Shown: one piece after another, positions 46,801-59,488 of the stretch | Layout of the letters: each line of letters begins with the position of its first letter | Numbering within the stretch: position 1 is the stretch's first letter | Assembly (NCBI GenBank): GCA_905178155.1 | Contig: CAJINV010000002.1 | Location: forward strand, 9,740,650-9,804,649 | Reading direction: 5' to 3' | Length of the DNA stretch: 64,000 nt | Origin: Amoebophrya sp. A120 | Taxonomy: Eukaryota; Protista; Dinoflagellata | Made by a program: the position numbers and the translations under genes | The notes under the pieces: model-generated | The model's input: the letters and a program-made list of their open reading frames with translations, nothing else | Told to the model about the DNA's origin: nothing | Databases searched by the model: none

Positions 46801-47859
46801 TTGCGCATTACAAATCTTCCTGTAACTGCAAATCTGCATGACAAGTATAGGGTGGGGACGTTTTTCTTCAGGATAATTGATGTTGTTGGCGTTTACGCCG
46901 GCTGGATGGACACTGTTCCAGTGGTAGTTGCAGGTCTTTACACCGCTATACGAGAAGGGTTACTCGGTCGCAAGAGCCATGGTGCACCGCTTCTAGCATC
47001 TCAATTCGGTACAACTCCCGGCACGAGCTCGCCTTCTGCCGCTGCGGAAATAAAAAAGCAAGAACTCGACGTAGCCTCTACTCCCGAGACAACTAGTAGC
47101 TCTGCTTCGCACAGTACTCCCAGCATCCCCGCACTGGCATCTTCAACACCGAGGAAGCCCGACACCGCTGAGGTTCGCAAAGCTGACGCAGAGGACAACA
47201 CTATCGATCTGACTGGAAAACAAGAAATGCAACAGCGAGACTTCAATGGAACCAAACTCAAGAGAAAGCCCCCTTCCCTCACTCCTGCGCAGAAGAGAGG
47301 CCGCGCCCGCGGGTATGACTTGAGCGACGCGTACACGCACGCGGGTGCCGATTCCGACCTGATGCGGTGCTCTGTGGTGACCCCCCTCCCAGACAAAGAG
47401 AAGCTCGGAATCACCGTTCAGTACCAGCAGAAGGCCCAGCAACACATGGACTGTTTCAGTAACGAGTTCCATCGGACGGCTGCCGTCTTTCAGGACTGGG
47501 AGCGGGCGATCAAAGCGTGCGCCAAACGTGTGCCCGTGGGAGTGTTGCAGAAGTGGAGGGTGACAGCTGCGGACTTCCCGGACGGGGTGGAAGATGACCT
47601 TTGCGTCATCTGCATGGGCAAGATGGAGGTTTCTGGTGTGATACATCCAACTACAGCGACTTCAGCCGAAGAACAGCGGAAACTCGACGACGCAAATGCC
47701 GTGATCAGACTGCCGAGGTGTAAGCACATGCTGCATCTCGCGTGTGCGCAGACCTGGTTAAACGAGCACTCACACTGTCCAACGTGTCGAACGGAGGTCA
47801 TGGAAGAAGAAATATCTTCAGGCCCTCCTCCCAGACCAGCGGGCGAACCAGCAGTATGA
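40893..47859 (+). CDS. Large protein with a C-terminal RING-H2 finger (putative E3 ubiquitin ligase). Exons about 40893-41322, 41590-41666, 41935-43192, 43346-43423, 43683-45026, 45257-46595, 46881-47859.
   Basis: CVIC...LPRCKHMLHLACAQTWLNEHSHCPTCR is a C3H2C3 RING. Five introner removals and one GT-AG intron chain all ORFs in frame. Confidence 0.8.
41323..41584. mobile_element. Introner, family A (262 bp), DR GCAGA
   Basis: Family A TIR. DR at 41318-41322 and 41585-41589. Reverse-oriented relative of 61478-61739. Confidence 0.95.
41667..41929. mobile_element. Introner, family A (263 bp), DR CGGAC
   Basis: Family A TIR. DR at 41662-41666 and 41930-41934. Spliced IPD|ADFQFVY. Confidence 0.95.
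43193..43340. mobile_element. Introner, family C (148 bp), DR GCCAA
   Basis: Similar to 3826-3975. DR at 43188-43192 and 43341-43345. Confidence 0.9.
43424..43677. mobile_element. Introner, family A (254 bp), DR TCAGT
   Basis: Family A TIR. Body reversed relative to 4020-4271. DR at 43419-43423 and 43678-43682. Confidence 0.95.
46596..46875. mobile_element. Introner, family D (280 bp), DR ATTGA
   Basis: TIR TATCCTGCGTAAAAACGTCCCCACC / GGTGGGGACGTTTTTCTTCAGGATA. Close copy at 61790-62068. Confidence 0.95.
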
Positions 47860-48926
47860 GAACGGCAAACGAAAGACTACGACTAGATCATCAAGCAGTA
47901 TTTCTGGATTTCCATATATCGAAAGTGTCTCTCTCACATGTAGTAGGGGTAAACATGAAGTATGTAGGGATTACAATGAAAGTGAAACTGGTTCTCCGTG
48001 CCAGAAGCTTGAGCTTCCTATAGTAGGGAACGACTAAGTTATGATGCGGCTTTCTCCATCAAATGGTGCCAGCAAGGCTTGTTGGTCTCGCAGATGACTT
48101 AATAGGAGCTGCGGCGTTGATTTTTTTCGCGGCTCGTCAGAAAGGGGCAATGTGTTCTTGAGAATTCGATTGTTCGCACGGAGGTTCAGACTATGATTGC
48201 GCATGTTATCCGCTAAGATGCAAGAGCACTAACCAATGCCAACGATCTGCTTGGTTGTCAGTACTGACTACCATGAAGCTTCTTCGATCCGCCAAATTTT
48301 GTGAAAGGTTCGTTGCGTTGTGACACACATTCAAATTCTGTGAGGGTCAGAAAGATAGACCAAGACCTTGAATTGTTTTGAATGTGCGGCTCGCTTCAGC
48401 CATTCCTACAACCCTGATGAGATGCTTTTCGAAGGCAGTGGCCCGAATTCGCTCCTCGGAGTGAATCTGTGGACAACCCAAAAACATTTCAAGATTACAA
48501 ACTCTGACACGACATCATGAGTGACTCAGTGTGCATACAGCATGATCACGACTGGGTGCTCAAGCTCCCATATTGATAGATCACCGACTGAAACACAAAC
48601 GGGACCGGTGCTACTGCACGTAAAAATGATGACACCTTCAGATCCGATGTCAAGTTTGTGGCATTGCAGAAGTCTTCCCAGCTCGATTAGCGCTTATGTC
48701 ATTGATCGCCGCAAGGCGTTTCGATCATTTGAGCTTTTCAGGTTGGGTATTGTTCTGTAGCTGCTGCTAAACTTGTTCACAAATCGTGACGAACAAAATA
48801 TCCGACACTTTCCCTGAAACAATTCTACCTCTTGTGTGTAATTACCACAAAGATCAAAACATGAAATTGGAGCTCCTGATCATGCAAGTGCGGCAGCTGG
48901 AATGAGAAACGCACTTCCAAAATGCA

Positions 48927-49019
48927 TTTTCATGATGAGTAACTTGAATACTTGCTACTTCTGACAAGTTTCAAAGCTTGTGTGAGAACAACCTTCAACC
49001 ACCAAGATCACTGATAGTA
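48927..49019 (+). ncRNA. U24: Box C/D snoRNA U24 (SNORD24/snR24), copy 1
   Basis: C box ATGATGA (48932), guide AATACTTGCTACT with D' CTGA, guide ACCACCAAGATC with D box CTGA (49011). The guides complement the conserved LSU rRNA segment GATCTTGGTGGTAGTAGCAA, the layout of human and yeast U24. Confidence 0.88.
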
Positions 49020-49060
49020 GTTGCACTCACGCTCACGCACTTCCAAAATTACTAAATGCA

Positions 49061-49153
49061 TTTTTGTGATGAGTAACTTGAATACTTGCTACTTCTGACC
49101 AGTTTCAAAGCTTGTGTGAGAACAACCTTCAACCACCAAGATCTCTGATAGTA
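49061..49153 (+). ncRNA. U24: Box C/D snoRNA U24, copy 2
   Basis: C box GTGATGA (49066), same two guides, D box CTGA (49145). Confidence 0.9.
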
Positions 49154-49214
49154 GTTGCATTCTCTTCGCCTTTGCCATGTGCTCCAGAAAGCGCATTCGA
49201 ATGCGCATTCCGCA

Positions 49215-49309
49215 TTTCCGTGATGAGTAAACAGAATACTTGCTACTTCTGACACTGCCTTCGGCAATGGCTGAGAACACACTTCTAACCACCAAGATCT
49301 CTGACGAAA
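49215..49309 (+). ncRNA. U24: Box C/D snoRNA U24, copy 3 (diverged spacer)
   Basis: C box GTGATGA (49220), both guides intact, internal hairpin TGCC-TTC-GGCA, D box CTGA (49301), TTTC/GAAA terminal stem. Confidence 0.9.
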
Positions 49310-51872
49310 AAACCCGTTATTTCTATAGCTTTTGATTATGCGCAGGAGAAAAGGAAAAGGACAAACAAGATCCAGACAATCAGATTATGCACGCCCCGAC
49401 ATTAGTCTTTCCAATAGAACGTAAGCCCACCGTCGAGATCTGCGACACTGACAATCTGCAAGGAGCCGATCCACGAGGAAGTTCAAGTTCAAGAAGAAGC
49501 TATCAAAAAAAGCCGAAGTGACAAAATGTTTGGTCCGGATAGCGCAGAAGGTGAAATTGGATTTTGATCTAGTAAAATTGGGAATCGATCGTAGGCAAAT
49601 TATGTTGAAGTTGGCTTGGATCCGAAATTTGTCCGTTCATATTTTTTGCTGCCTCACCACTGTGTTTCCATTTCCATCAATCTTCCATTTTCACTTTTAC
49701 ACCAAACCACATACAGGGCCAGAATGTGCTACGGTCAGATCCTTCTGGTTCTTACCGCGATGATGACAACTCTTTGTAGGCTCTTCGCTGCAGGAAGGAT
49801 TCACATCTTGATGAAGACTCTTGCCGAGGCCCGCTTTTCCTTGTTACCGAGGCTTCTGAGCGCGGACAAAGAACCAGATACTTCGGATCCACCCCTTCAG
49901 CTCCGAGCGAGGAGCTGGGGGTACTACAGTTTTTTCGAGTTTTGATAAGGCTAAGAAAAGTACTTGTACTTTCCGTGCAGACATACTTACTCGGGCTTTG
50001 ACCCCTTATTTTATTCAAAGATGGCCATATTCCGACGGCGGCGTGCGGATGAAGCCGTGCTTGTGATACGATTACGTGTCCCCGCGCAAAGTACACCCTG
50101 GCGTAGAGCGGTGCATACGACAAGACCTCCGCGCGGCACTCGCCTGTTCGATCAAGGGACGGAGCGGGATGCGGGCCACAATTTGTGGGCGTCGCAAACC
50201 CTCTTCTTCACGACCAACGACGTGCACTAGTGATTACCGAGAATCGGTTGCAGACTGACCCCTGTCTCATTCTTCTCGTACGTGCACCTCCACGTCGGAT
50301 TTATTTTGCGAGCCCAGGCACTACTTCCAGTGCCATCACAACGGCACAGCGATACCTGCAAGCTAAGGTGTGTTGCTTCTGCAGATGCGCGGAGCCTACG
50401 AACAAGTGTCAGTCCCCTATTTCAATGGTGAGGAGAAGTGTAGCTCATGTGCAATTTGGGCAGCGGTGCGATGCGCTCAGCACGAAGTGAGGAACTCGTA
50501 TTGGATTTTTGAATATGTATCCCCCGTCCGCGACGAGGTGAGGCGATAAACACTCTGTCACTGGTGTACGACTATTTTGTGTTTTCTGAACAAGCAAAAG
50601 GAAACGAAGAAGTGAGATACAAAGTATTGCTCGGCCTGATTCTGAGTTTCCCAAAGCGGCGTTGCCCTTGTTGCGCGACGGTTCACCGATGGCCTCAGTC
50701 TGACACGTTAACTGTTCCTCCTAAGCGTCTACATGCATTGCGAAAAAACACGAAGAACGACCACCAACAGCTCGCTGCTCACAACGGGTGGTATCCACAG
50801 ATCTGCGTAGTAACTTTCCGGCTAGACTGCTTTTCCTCAGTCTTTCCGTTATACAACTACGCTACAAGAACAACTTGGCACCTGGCTTGCACCGCGTTGC
50901 GCTCTCCTCTGTGGAATCGCGACTTGCAAGTTGCGTCGAACATTTCGCGATAGAAAATTTATCTCACGCACTTTCCTGGCAGACAATGACAAATCTTATC
51001 GTGCGAGGGGGCGTATAGTTCTGTGTCTGTTGAAGAAAAAGATGCGCAGGAACGAATCGTGCGTGCTGGTGCAGCCTCTATCTGTCGTTGATCTTTTTTG
51101 TGTCCATTTCCTTCGTTTGAAGGTCACGCTATCTGTTGCCTGGTACCGAGAGACCGCTCTCCGATGTGCATGCTTGCTTCCCTAAGATGTCGAAGTCTCG
51201 GTTTTCATTTCGTTGGATTATCTGGAAAGTATCTACTGATCATCTTCAAAGTGCGACGTAGGGCCGTTGGTTCGGCAAGGTAGCTTCCCGCTGTAAACAG
51301 AAACCAAACCCCCCGCAAGAGCCGAAGAATTGATTTCTTTGTATAGTAGTCTGCGAAGCGTAAGCGTTACCAGCATGTCCTCTTCTTTCGGTTGGGCTCT
51401 TAGCCGCAAAACTCGCAACAGACTTCAGTCGCGGCGAGGCACGTGAGCAGGGCCAGAAAATGACACAACGCTTCTGGGTCTAGTCGCGAACACGCGTTGC
51501 ACGATTTCCTGTGGGTGCGACGAGACGTACACTGGTGGCAATACTTGGAGCCTGGCTCGTGCTTCAGGCACACCCCGTCAAAAACGGGATCGACGCTCTC
51601 TGTCCGGCAGCTTGAGCGTTGCTTCCGCTGCAACGGGTGGCAGTTCCGTCACAAGAAAAGAGTTGCAGAGGGCTGCATTACGTGTGACTGCGACGTGGGT
51701 CTCCCGGAGGTCGGGCCAGCTGCGTCTTAAACCGAGGGAAGCGTTGCGAGGCCGCGGGTACTACTCGGTACCAGGACGGTGGCACGGTTATTGGTGGTGC
51801 TTCAGCCACTTCTTCGCAGCAGGTCGCTGAAGGTGAGCAGGGGGAAGCAGCTTTGGGTTCTTGTGGCGGCCG

Positions 51873-54672
51873 ATGACCATGATGATCGGCCAGACCCCAG
51901 CGGCTACGGGGGACGCTCCGAAGCAGGATGAAACTACGCCCGCTGTCACTGGTGTCCCTGTTGGGGGCCTCATACCACCAGACACAGTCGCTCCTGCGAG
52001 GCCTGCGGACCAGGTTTGTTTGCTTCTTCTTGCACACTTATGTTCTAGACTGACATTGTGGAGAGAATATTGTTGTTCGTACCATAACTGCAAATGCAAT
52101 GAACTTGTTCTGCGATTGTGATCTCGAAACACCAGATCGTGGTCGAACTCGAAGACATTGAGCTTGAATCCAAGCGGGTCAACCCCGGGGACGGCGACAC
52201 TGAGAAAGCGCTGTCGTCCAGCGAGCCAGTGGCGCTCCAGCCTCCAGGTGCTGGGTTAGAGGAAATAGGAGGCAGCGCGCCCAGTAACAAACCGCCAGAA
52301 CCCGAGCCAGAAGACGATACCGTGATGCTCCACGAAGTTTGGCCGGCGCAAAACAAGTTTTTCTGCCGCGGGCACTGCATGACGGTACGGCTACTATCGG
52401 GATTTTGGTTCTCGAGATTCTTCTTGATCATTTGAATTACCTGCCGTGAAGAGTGTATGGTAGGAACAATCGTGCTTGCTGCTAGGTTCATGAAAACCAC
52501 ACAATTTTGTTCCAGGCAAAAGAAACGGAGACATTTTCCTTTGTGGAGGCGTGCTGTGACCTTCTGTCGCTTTGCTTCCCATGTTGCACGATATGTAACC
52601 CCGAGGCGTGGATAAATGCTAGGGACGAGCCGGATCCGGTAAGAATGTGATGCTTCGTTTTCGCGCTCCTTGATTGCACAATCATGTAGGAGGATGCAGA
52701 GCGCATTCCCATTCTCATTCATAGTATGGGCAGTGCTCCTAAGCGCAGCACCGCCAGTGACTACCAAACCAACGCAAAATCTCGCAGATCAAGACATTTT
52801 CGAGTGCGCATATCTGTGCCTGGATGTCGCTGGTTCTTCCGCTCACCTTCTTCTGCCTCTTCACATTTCTCGAACTAGTATCGCGGTGAATCTCATCTCT
52901 GTTGTCGCTCGAACTTTTGCAGGTGACTCTTTGCATGATCCATTCATCCGCTTAGGGTTGTCATCCAGCTCTCATTTCTTCTCATAGTCAGAACAGATCT
53001 TCTGGCACACAGATGAGTTTCGCACATGAATACTAGGAGGCGAGCGAGGATTTTGCAAAAGTAGTTGCGGTAATGGCAGTGACGTGTGGGGCCTCAGCGA
53101 TAATGTGTCTGTCACTTGCCAGCTGCTCAGATCCGGGCATAATACCACGGAGGGAGGTGATTCTGGCGTGCGACGGTATGATAAAACATGCTTGACCTGT
53201 AAGTACGTACACCCATTTCCGTATGAAAAGTGCATAATGGATGAGAAGATAGTGCGCAGATGATTTTCCTGGTTGTCATGTTTCGCGCCTTTCCACCGGC
53301 ACGACATGAGGGCTAAGTAACAGCGACAATATCTGTCAGGCCTCCGTGAGAAGCTCACCGAGGTGCTCGGCTACGACTTGCTCAACGGTGACGGAAACAT
53401 CGTCCGTTCCAACGTGCCTCCCGAGTTGCGAAAAAAGGGGTGCTCCTGGTGCAGCACCTGCCGCATCATCAAGCCGCCACGCGCGAGTCACTGCTTATCA
53501 AGTGTAAAAATGTCTGGGTCTGGAAGAATTCATGTTTGTCATGCTTGTCTGGCATGACTCTTAAATCTGTCATGCACGTTACCCAAGAGCTACGCTTTTC
53601 TGTGATGCAGAGCCGCAGTTTGTCATGCCGAATAGGCAACACCTAGGAGCTCAGAAACTTGTCATGCTGAGCCAGCATTCGTAGCCTCATCATGAGACGC
53701 CGCCCAGCATTACAAGTTTCCAGACCCAGACATTTTTGCATTTCATACTGCTCGAACTGCGACAATTGCGTCCTGCGGTTTGACCACCACTGCCCCTTCA
53801 TCAACAATTGTGTATCAAATGTAAAAATGTCTGGGTCTGGAAGAATCTAAACTTGTGATGCTGTCTCTGGATTCGAAAAAGATTTGTATTGCGTGACCAG
53901 TAAAAGGAGGAGACTTTGTGCTCCGCGGAGATGGCATTTGTCATGCGGCATAGGTATGAGGAAGCGCTCTAAAAATCAGTGATGCTACGGCATGCATCAC
54001 AGACATCATGGGTCATGGAAAATATGCATGACAAATCTAAAAATCTTCCAGACCCAGACATTGTTACACTTGATATTGTGTCGGCCAGCGCAACTACCGC
54101 TATTTTATGGGATTTTTGCTCTCCATCGTCATGCTGGGCTTGCTTGTAATACCGAGCATGATCTGGATGTTGTTCGGGGGAAAACCCGAGGCGAGCCATA
54201 ACGAGTGGTGGAATAATAACAGGAAGGATTTTCCGGTCTGGTTCTTTCTGCTCGTGTTTCTCTTCGCAATACTAGCGGCGGTGCTCGCGATCCTGGTTGG
54301 GCTGCTATGCGGGTAAGAGATTTTATGGGATGAGGGTATGTCGCGAACAAGAATCAATATGATCCTGGGTCTGTGCTGCAGTAAAACGAATAAAGCTACG
54401 TTCAATTCTAACAATGCTGATGCATAAGAATGCGCATGCAGAAGATGTTCGGTGCCGCAATCCGTAGCACACTCGAAAAACAATACTTGACAAGGTACCA
54501 TGTGTACCTTTCCTACAATGGGATTACAACGAAGGAGCACTGGCGAGGCACGCACGAACTAGCGAAAAACAAGCTCCGCACAATACGAGACGGCGCGGGG
54601 CCGCGTCTGTATAACCCGCGGCAGCGGATTGATCCAAATAAGTGGAAGGAGCTGAGCGACTTGTATGGGTAA
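51873..54672 (+). CDS. DHHC palmitoyltransferase (Erf2/ZDHHC9-like); exons at about 52.4-53.1 kb not resolved
   Basis: [13 protein letters not shown]-terminal motif; SDPGIIPR at about 53127. After removing two introners: [15 protein letters not shown]|[20 protein letters not shown]|VGQRNYRYF. Transmembrane helices and a TTKE motif follow. Confidence 0.92.
53496..53747. mobile_element. Introner, family A (252 bp), DR CTGCT
   Basis: Close copy of 4020-4271. DR at 53491-53495 and 53748-53752. Lies inside the DHHC Cys-rich domain. Confidence 0.96.
53813..54075. mobile_element. Introner, family A (263 bp), DR TTGTG
   Basis: Family A TIR. DR at 53808-53812 and 54076-54080. Splits NNC|VG. Confidence 0.96.
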
Positions 54673-56346
54673 CAAGGACAGGCGCTGACTTTCCCGCAGC
54701 TACCGAATGGGGAAAAAAAAGCCATTCGCCAGTACCAGACTGCTAATTTTGAATGTTGGCCACGCATCATGTAATGCAAGGTGTATGTGTCTGTGTCCTG
54801 TTCCTGCTCAACGATTAAGCGTTACGATTACTCCTCTCCAGTTTACAGTTTAACTACTAGAATCGCAAAAGTAACAATTCTTACACGTACCACAGAACAA
54901 TAATAGCAAATACGAGTATTACAAACTCCAATTTACAGTTTAACTTTTAGAATCGCAAAAAAGTAGCACGATGTAGCGCGCGATGGTCCAAAGAAGACTC
55001 CGCCGTGTCGAAGCCATGAATCTAGGAATTATTCAAGTAGCAAAACACTTCGTGATCTCACGAAAAAACACAAGTTGTATCAAAATAGCAGAAGATCATC
55101 GTGACTGCGAGTCCGATTGTCAATCGAAGTTCAGGAGCCATACGTTAGATTTTTTCAGAGGTTGGATTTTTTACACGAGCTTCAGCAACGGAGTCGTCTT
55201 TTCTTCTATCATTTTTCACGCTGTCTATTCGTGCTCCTGCGCTGGCGCTTGCATTCCGAGACATGCGCGGAGAAAGGAAGGTTATGCGCAAGCAAAAGGC
55301 CCCCGGCAAAGATCCTTCCGGATAGCGGAGCGCCCGTGGCGGCGAGCTCGCAGTCTTTGGCGGGAACAAGCGATAGTGTGAAGGGAGAAGCAAAGTGGCG
55401 GAGTTAAGCGGTACAGACGGGTGGCCCAGGTGTCGCTGCAATGAATAGGATCGATAGAGCTGACATAGTAGTGTTGGCTTCACTATTCGTACTACAGCGC
55501 CCTTTTTTTTCTACGCGCAATTTTTGTTAAGAAATGCACATGCATCGGGTGAATGAAAAACTTAAACTCCGCCCATTTCTGTATTGTAACAAGCCTCGGC
55601 AATACAACTAATTGAATCGAGTTTCGAGTATCACGGGCCTATGTATTGTTGGTTGTGCTCATGCTTCCCCGGCCTAGAAGAAAACGAAAATATTGTAGCA
55701 GTCGCAAATGAACTAGGGGTAAATGCAGTTGGAATTCGAAGGAAAATGAATATAGCCCGAGGACTCGTGTTAGACACATCAGAAGCGAGCTCAGGGTACA
55801 TGATTTTTTCACGCATTGTAAAATTATCGGCTTCGCTGTGGGCTTTTACCCAACTGACCAGCAACAAGTTTTGTAATTCCCTTCCGAACAACTCACGCTC
55901 TGTGTCTGAACGCGCAAAATTGGAATTTTTACTACAACTTCCTGTACAAGAATCTGAACAGAGCATGCTGATGCAAGGAAATGCAGCCGGAGATTTGGAT
56001 TTCACGGGCTCAAATATTGGTCTGCAAAAGACCACGAGAAAGCCCTGCATCGAGCCGCAGGCGCAGCTCGGATGAACATAAGTTGTTGATGCGTTCGTGC
56101 ACAGTCTTGATATCTTGTCGACTCTTTCTTCATCGACACTTTCTACGTGACAAAGAACGATCTTTCCATGCATTCACAGGTGAAGTGGCAATTTTTTTTA
56201 TGGATGATTTTCGGGTGCGTTTGCCTGCTCCGTATTTGAGTTTCTTTTATGTACAGCCGCCCGGTATCTCGCACGACTGTCATTAATTTGCTGCTAGCTT
56301 TTTCTTTCCTAACAGCGTAATCTGCGGCTCGACACGAGAACCAAAA

Positions 56347-57466
56347 ATGCAAGACAAGGCGACCACAACAAATTCGCATGGCAGTGTGGAGAACGAAGAC
56401 AAGTCTCTTCCACGTGTTTTCGTTCGTCAGCTGCAGGAACGGGATAACGAGGTCGTACGGCAAATTTGGTCCGAAGCGATGCTTAGTCACGGATTGCAGC
56501 AGGCACGGGAATTTGTGGAAAAACGATACGACGACCCGACAGACATGGGTAACGCCTTTGCAAGTTTTCTCGGGGAACGCAAGAATTTCTGGGTAGCGGT
56601 TTCTTTAGAAGAGTATCTTCAAGACACTGCAGGCACGACGACAGGCACGACCAGCGCAGCAAAAATTGATCCTGGAGGACGAGATCTTGCTCATGAAGGT
56701 GAAAAAGTAATCGGCTGTGTGGGCGGCTTGTTCCGCGACACAGATGATCTTCGGAGATTTTGCCCGCATGGAAAGGAGTATTTGAAGCGAGATCCGGGGG
56801 ACGAAGTCCCGCTGTGGCAAGAACCTTTGGGGATTCCAGACAGCGCAAGGTCTTCGACAAGTCGCGGTGCAGTTATGGCGCTCTCAACTGTTACATTCTC
56901 AACTGTTACATGAATTCGTCATGCAGAACTACCATCAAGATTCACACTGAGAAGCTGCTGCGCATGACAAATTTGCGAAGGGCTAAACAGCACCTAAATC
57001 TGTGCGAAACTTGCAATGCTAGAAGTGCAACCTCTCCCCTTTCGCTTTTGCAATTCTTGCATCACAAATTCATGTAACAGTTGAGAATGTAACATTTGAG
57101 AACGCCATAGCAGTGGAGCTAGTCCGGATGGCGGTGGCGCCGGAGTACCGGGGGAGGATGGTGGTGGAAGTGGGCCAGAGTTTAGCTTCGAGGGAAAATG
57201 AACGAGAACACGACACGCAGCCTGTGCGCGTCACAAAAGTCGCCCAGCTGCTAGCCGAGCAAGTCGCCCGCTACGCTCAGGCCGATCTGCAGTCGGAGTT
57301 TGTGGTGTTGAGCACGGCATCTGCCATGAAGCAGGCGGTGCGGGCCTATGAAAAACTGGGTTTTCAAGGACGGCTGCTGGTTGAGAACGTCGCTTTCAGT
57401 GCCCGGTGTGAGGACTTGCTCCGGCAAGCGAATCAGAATAGAGAAGCATTTCTTGAAGTTGGTTAG
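56347..57466 (+). CDS. GNAT-family N-acetyltransferase (NAT8-like). Exons 56347-56873 and 57115-57466.
   Basis: NFWVAV...KVIGCVG, spliced AV|ELVRMAVAPEYRGR (motif A), and VVLSTASAMKQAVRAYEKLGF (motif B). Confidence 0.88.
56874..57109. mobile_element. Introner, family E (236 bp), DR GCAGT
   Basis: About 43-bp near-perfect TIR containing CTCAACTGTTACAT twice. DR at 56869-56873 and 57110-57114. Confidence 0.95.
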
Positions 57467-57978
57467 TTGCGGCGCTGCGAGAGGCCTCGTGGTGTCCAAG
57501 AAGTGAGTGTCGCCATGCTGATTCTCGTCCTATTCTTCGCGGAATTTGAGGTACTTTTGCATGTAATTTTTTGGCCTCGAGGTTGGTGGTTTAGGGTTAA
57601 GGGAGGCAGCAAAGAAAGTCGATCTTTGTGATGGAAAAAAATAATTAGTACGGACAGTGATCAAGCTGCGAAAGCGATCTAAGCAACGAGAATAAGAAAC
57701 TCGTGCCCTACCGGAGCTACAGTACATTTTTGATAGAACTAGACAAGATCGTCGGCCCACAACGCAACCAGAGAAAGTTGTCAACACAGTTTCTTGTTTC
57801 AATTTACTTCGTAGCTCTGTCTACTAACCAGTTACAGTTTTAAACTTCGCCTCTTGATCTTATCTACTCGCACTGACACCAGTGCATTTTCTTAGTCCAG
57901 CATCATATTGCGTTTGTTTGATTATTGTATACGTTTCCTTCCGCTCGCACTCGCATTTCTAACACCCACACCCATAAA

Positions 57979-58737
57979 ATGTTGAAAAGTCAAGAACCCT
58001 CGGAACATGCGTGCTCGTCGGCTCCTCACCCCATTCTCCAGGAACTCCAAGAGCTCCCGTGGATTCCGGTCGAAGGATTCGAATCTGTTCCGGTAAAAGT
58101 GCGTGTATGGCGGAAATCGGTCCCGAAGTCACAGTCGTGGTGTTACATACCCCTGATTGCTTCGGCGCTTGGAAAGTTGCACCAGTTTGAGCACACGCAC
58201 GCACCGAAAAAAGGCGGCAATCAGTCGTCGGCCAGCAGCTCGACCTCGAAGGGGAAAGGCAAAAAGGGACGAGGAGGCAAGAACAGAATGTATGGCGATT
58301 CTACTGAAAGTGCACCCGATGCAACGCGAGACGAGGCACTGTCCGCGCCACAGCAGGGAGTACTAGACCACGAGGAAATACCACAATTTGGTCACCGGTT
58401 CTCCACCGCGAATGACATCAGCGCTGCACAACCCTTTTGGCGGAGTATGTTCAGTCAGTGGGACGCCTGGGTCACCGACTTACGCAGTGGCATTGCACGA
58501 AAGCACGGGAACGTGGAGAATTGTCGAATTTTCGCCAACTGCAAAATCACACCCAAGTCGTGGACCACACCGCTAGTCATGACCAAGCCAAAAGATTTCG
58601 GTGTGCTGCCCCACCCGACGGCACGGCAACAAGAAGGCATCCTGGAGGAGTGTCTGAGCCCCCAGTTTCTGGTCGAGATCTACGCCAGTATCGGCTTTAT
58701 CAGTGCCCAGTGCGAGGGAGGAGGAGGTGCAGCGTAG
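57979..58737 (+). CDS. Hypothetical protein (about 252 aa)
   Basis: Single long ORF from AAAATG with GC-rich third positions and a KGKGKKGRGGK linker. No family recognised. Confidence 0.6.
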   Translation: MLKSQEPSEHACSSAPHPILQELQELPWIPVEGFESVPVKVRVWRKSVPKSQSWCYIPLIASALGKLHQFEHTHAPKKGGNQSSASSSTSKGKGKKGRGGKNRMYGDSTESAPDATRDEALSAPQQGVLDHEEIPQFGHRFSTANDISAAQPFWRSMFSQWDAWVTDLRSGIARKHGNVENCRIFANCKITPKSWTTPLVMTKPKDFGVLPHPTARQQEGILEECLSPQFLVEIYASIGFISAQCEGGGGAA

Positions 58738-59488
58738 CGGCAACGGCCACGACCTGCTGCGTATACTCCGAACGAAAGTTGCTCGTCGTCGTCGTTTTCG
58801 AATTTTATGAAAATGAATGTAACAAGTAGCGTTTCACCCGCATGGCATTGACCTTGCATCAGTTGTTGTAGCCCAACGAGTTAGAGGGTACGAACCCCGA
58901 AGCTGATGCTTTGCCGCCAAACAGATGCTCATTGTTTTGTACAATCGAAAATATGGTGCTGATTCATCGATTCCCGCCCAACCGCTGTTCTTGTGCGCTT
59001 ACAACTTGTTAGTTGCTACGAAATGCAAATGGATTTGGGCCCTTCTGTTGTGTGCACGTCAAGTGCTAAACATGTTTCTCTTTTGGGCTACCTCCTGCGG
59101 CAATACAGAATTGCTACGCCACAAAATTATCTTGTGAGTGCCGATCAAATACAAAACATTTTGTTTGATGTGCATGTGGTGTCATTTTGTTTCTGAAGAG
59201 TGGCTCAGCTGCCTAAGCGGCTCTTTTTTTCTTCGGCACTTCTTTCCAGTCATGCTCCTCTGAAGATTTTTGAAGTTCTTGATGAAGAGATTCTTTCTGC
59301 GAAAACTTGACATAAGTCCCTCTTAAGTAGTCGTGAAAGCTGCAGTTGTATCCACCTTCCTCATCAAAGCACCACTGTCTCTTGATGTAAGTACTACATG
59401 CAAGTACGCGTTTTGCGTAAAGACATAGAGCAGTAGAAACGAGCAATATGCAGCCCTTGTAGCGAAAGAACCCACTACAGCTTCGAGA

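Noticed and set aside
54836-54967. ~40-bp direct repeat (TTTACAGTTTTAACT..TAGAATCGCAAAA), plus a 16-bp tandem duplication at about 40768-40799
   Set aside because: Small local duplications in intergenic DNA with no further structure.
55641-56075. 144-aa ORF, and similar short ORFs at 49.5-51.8 kb and 4.8-5.6 kb
   Set aside because: No motifs and no coding-like codon bias; cannot be supported.
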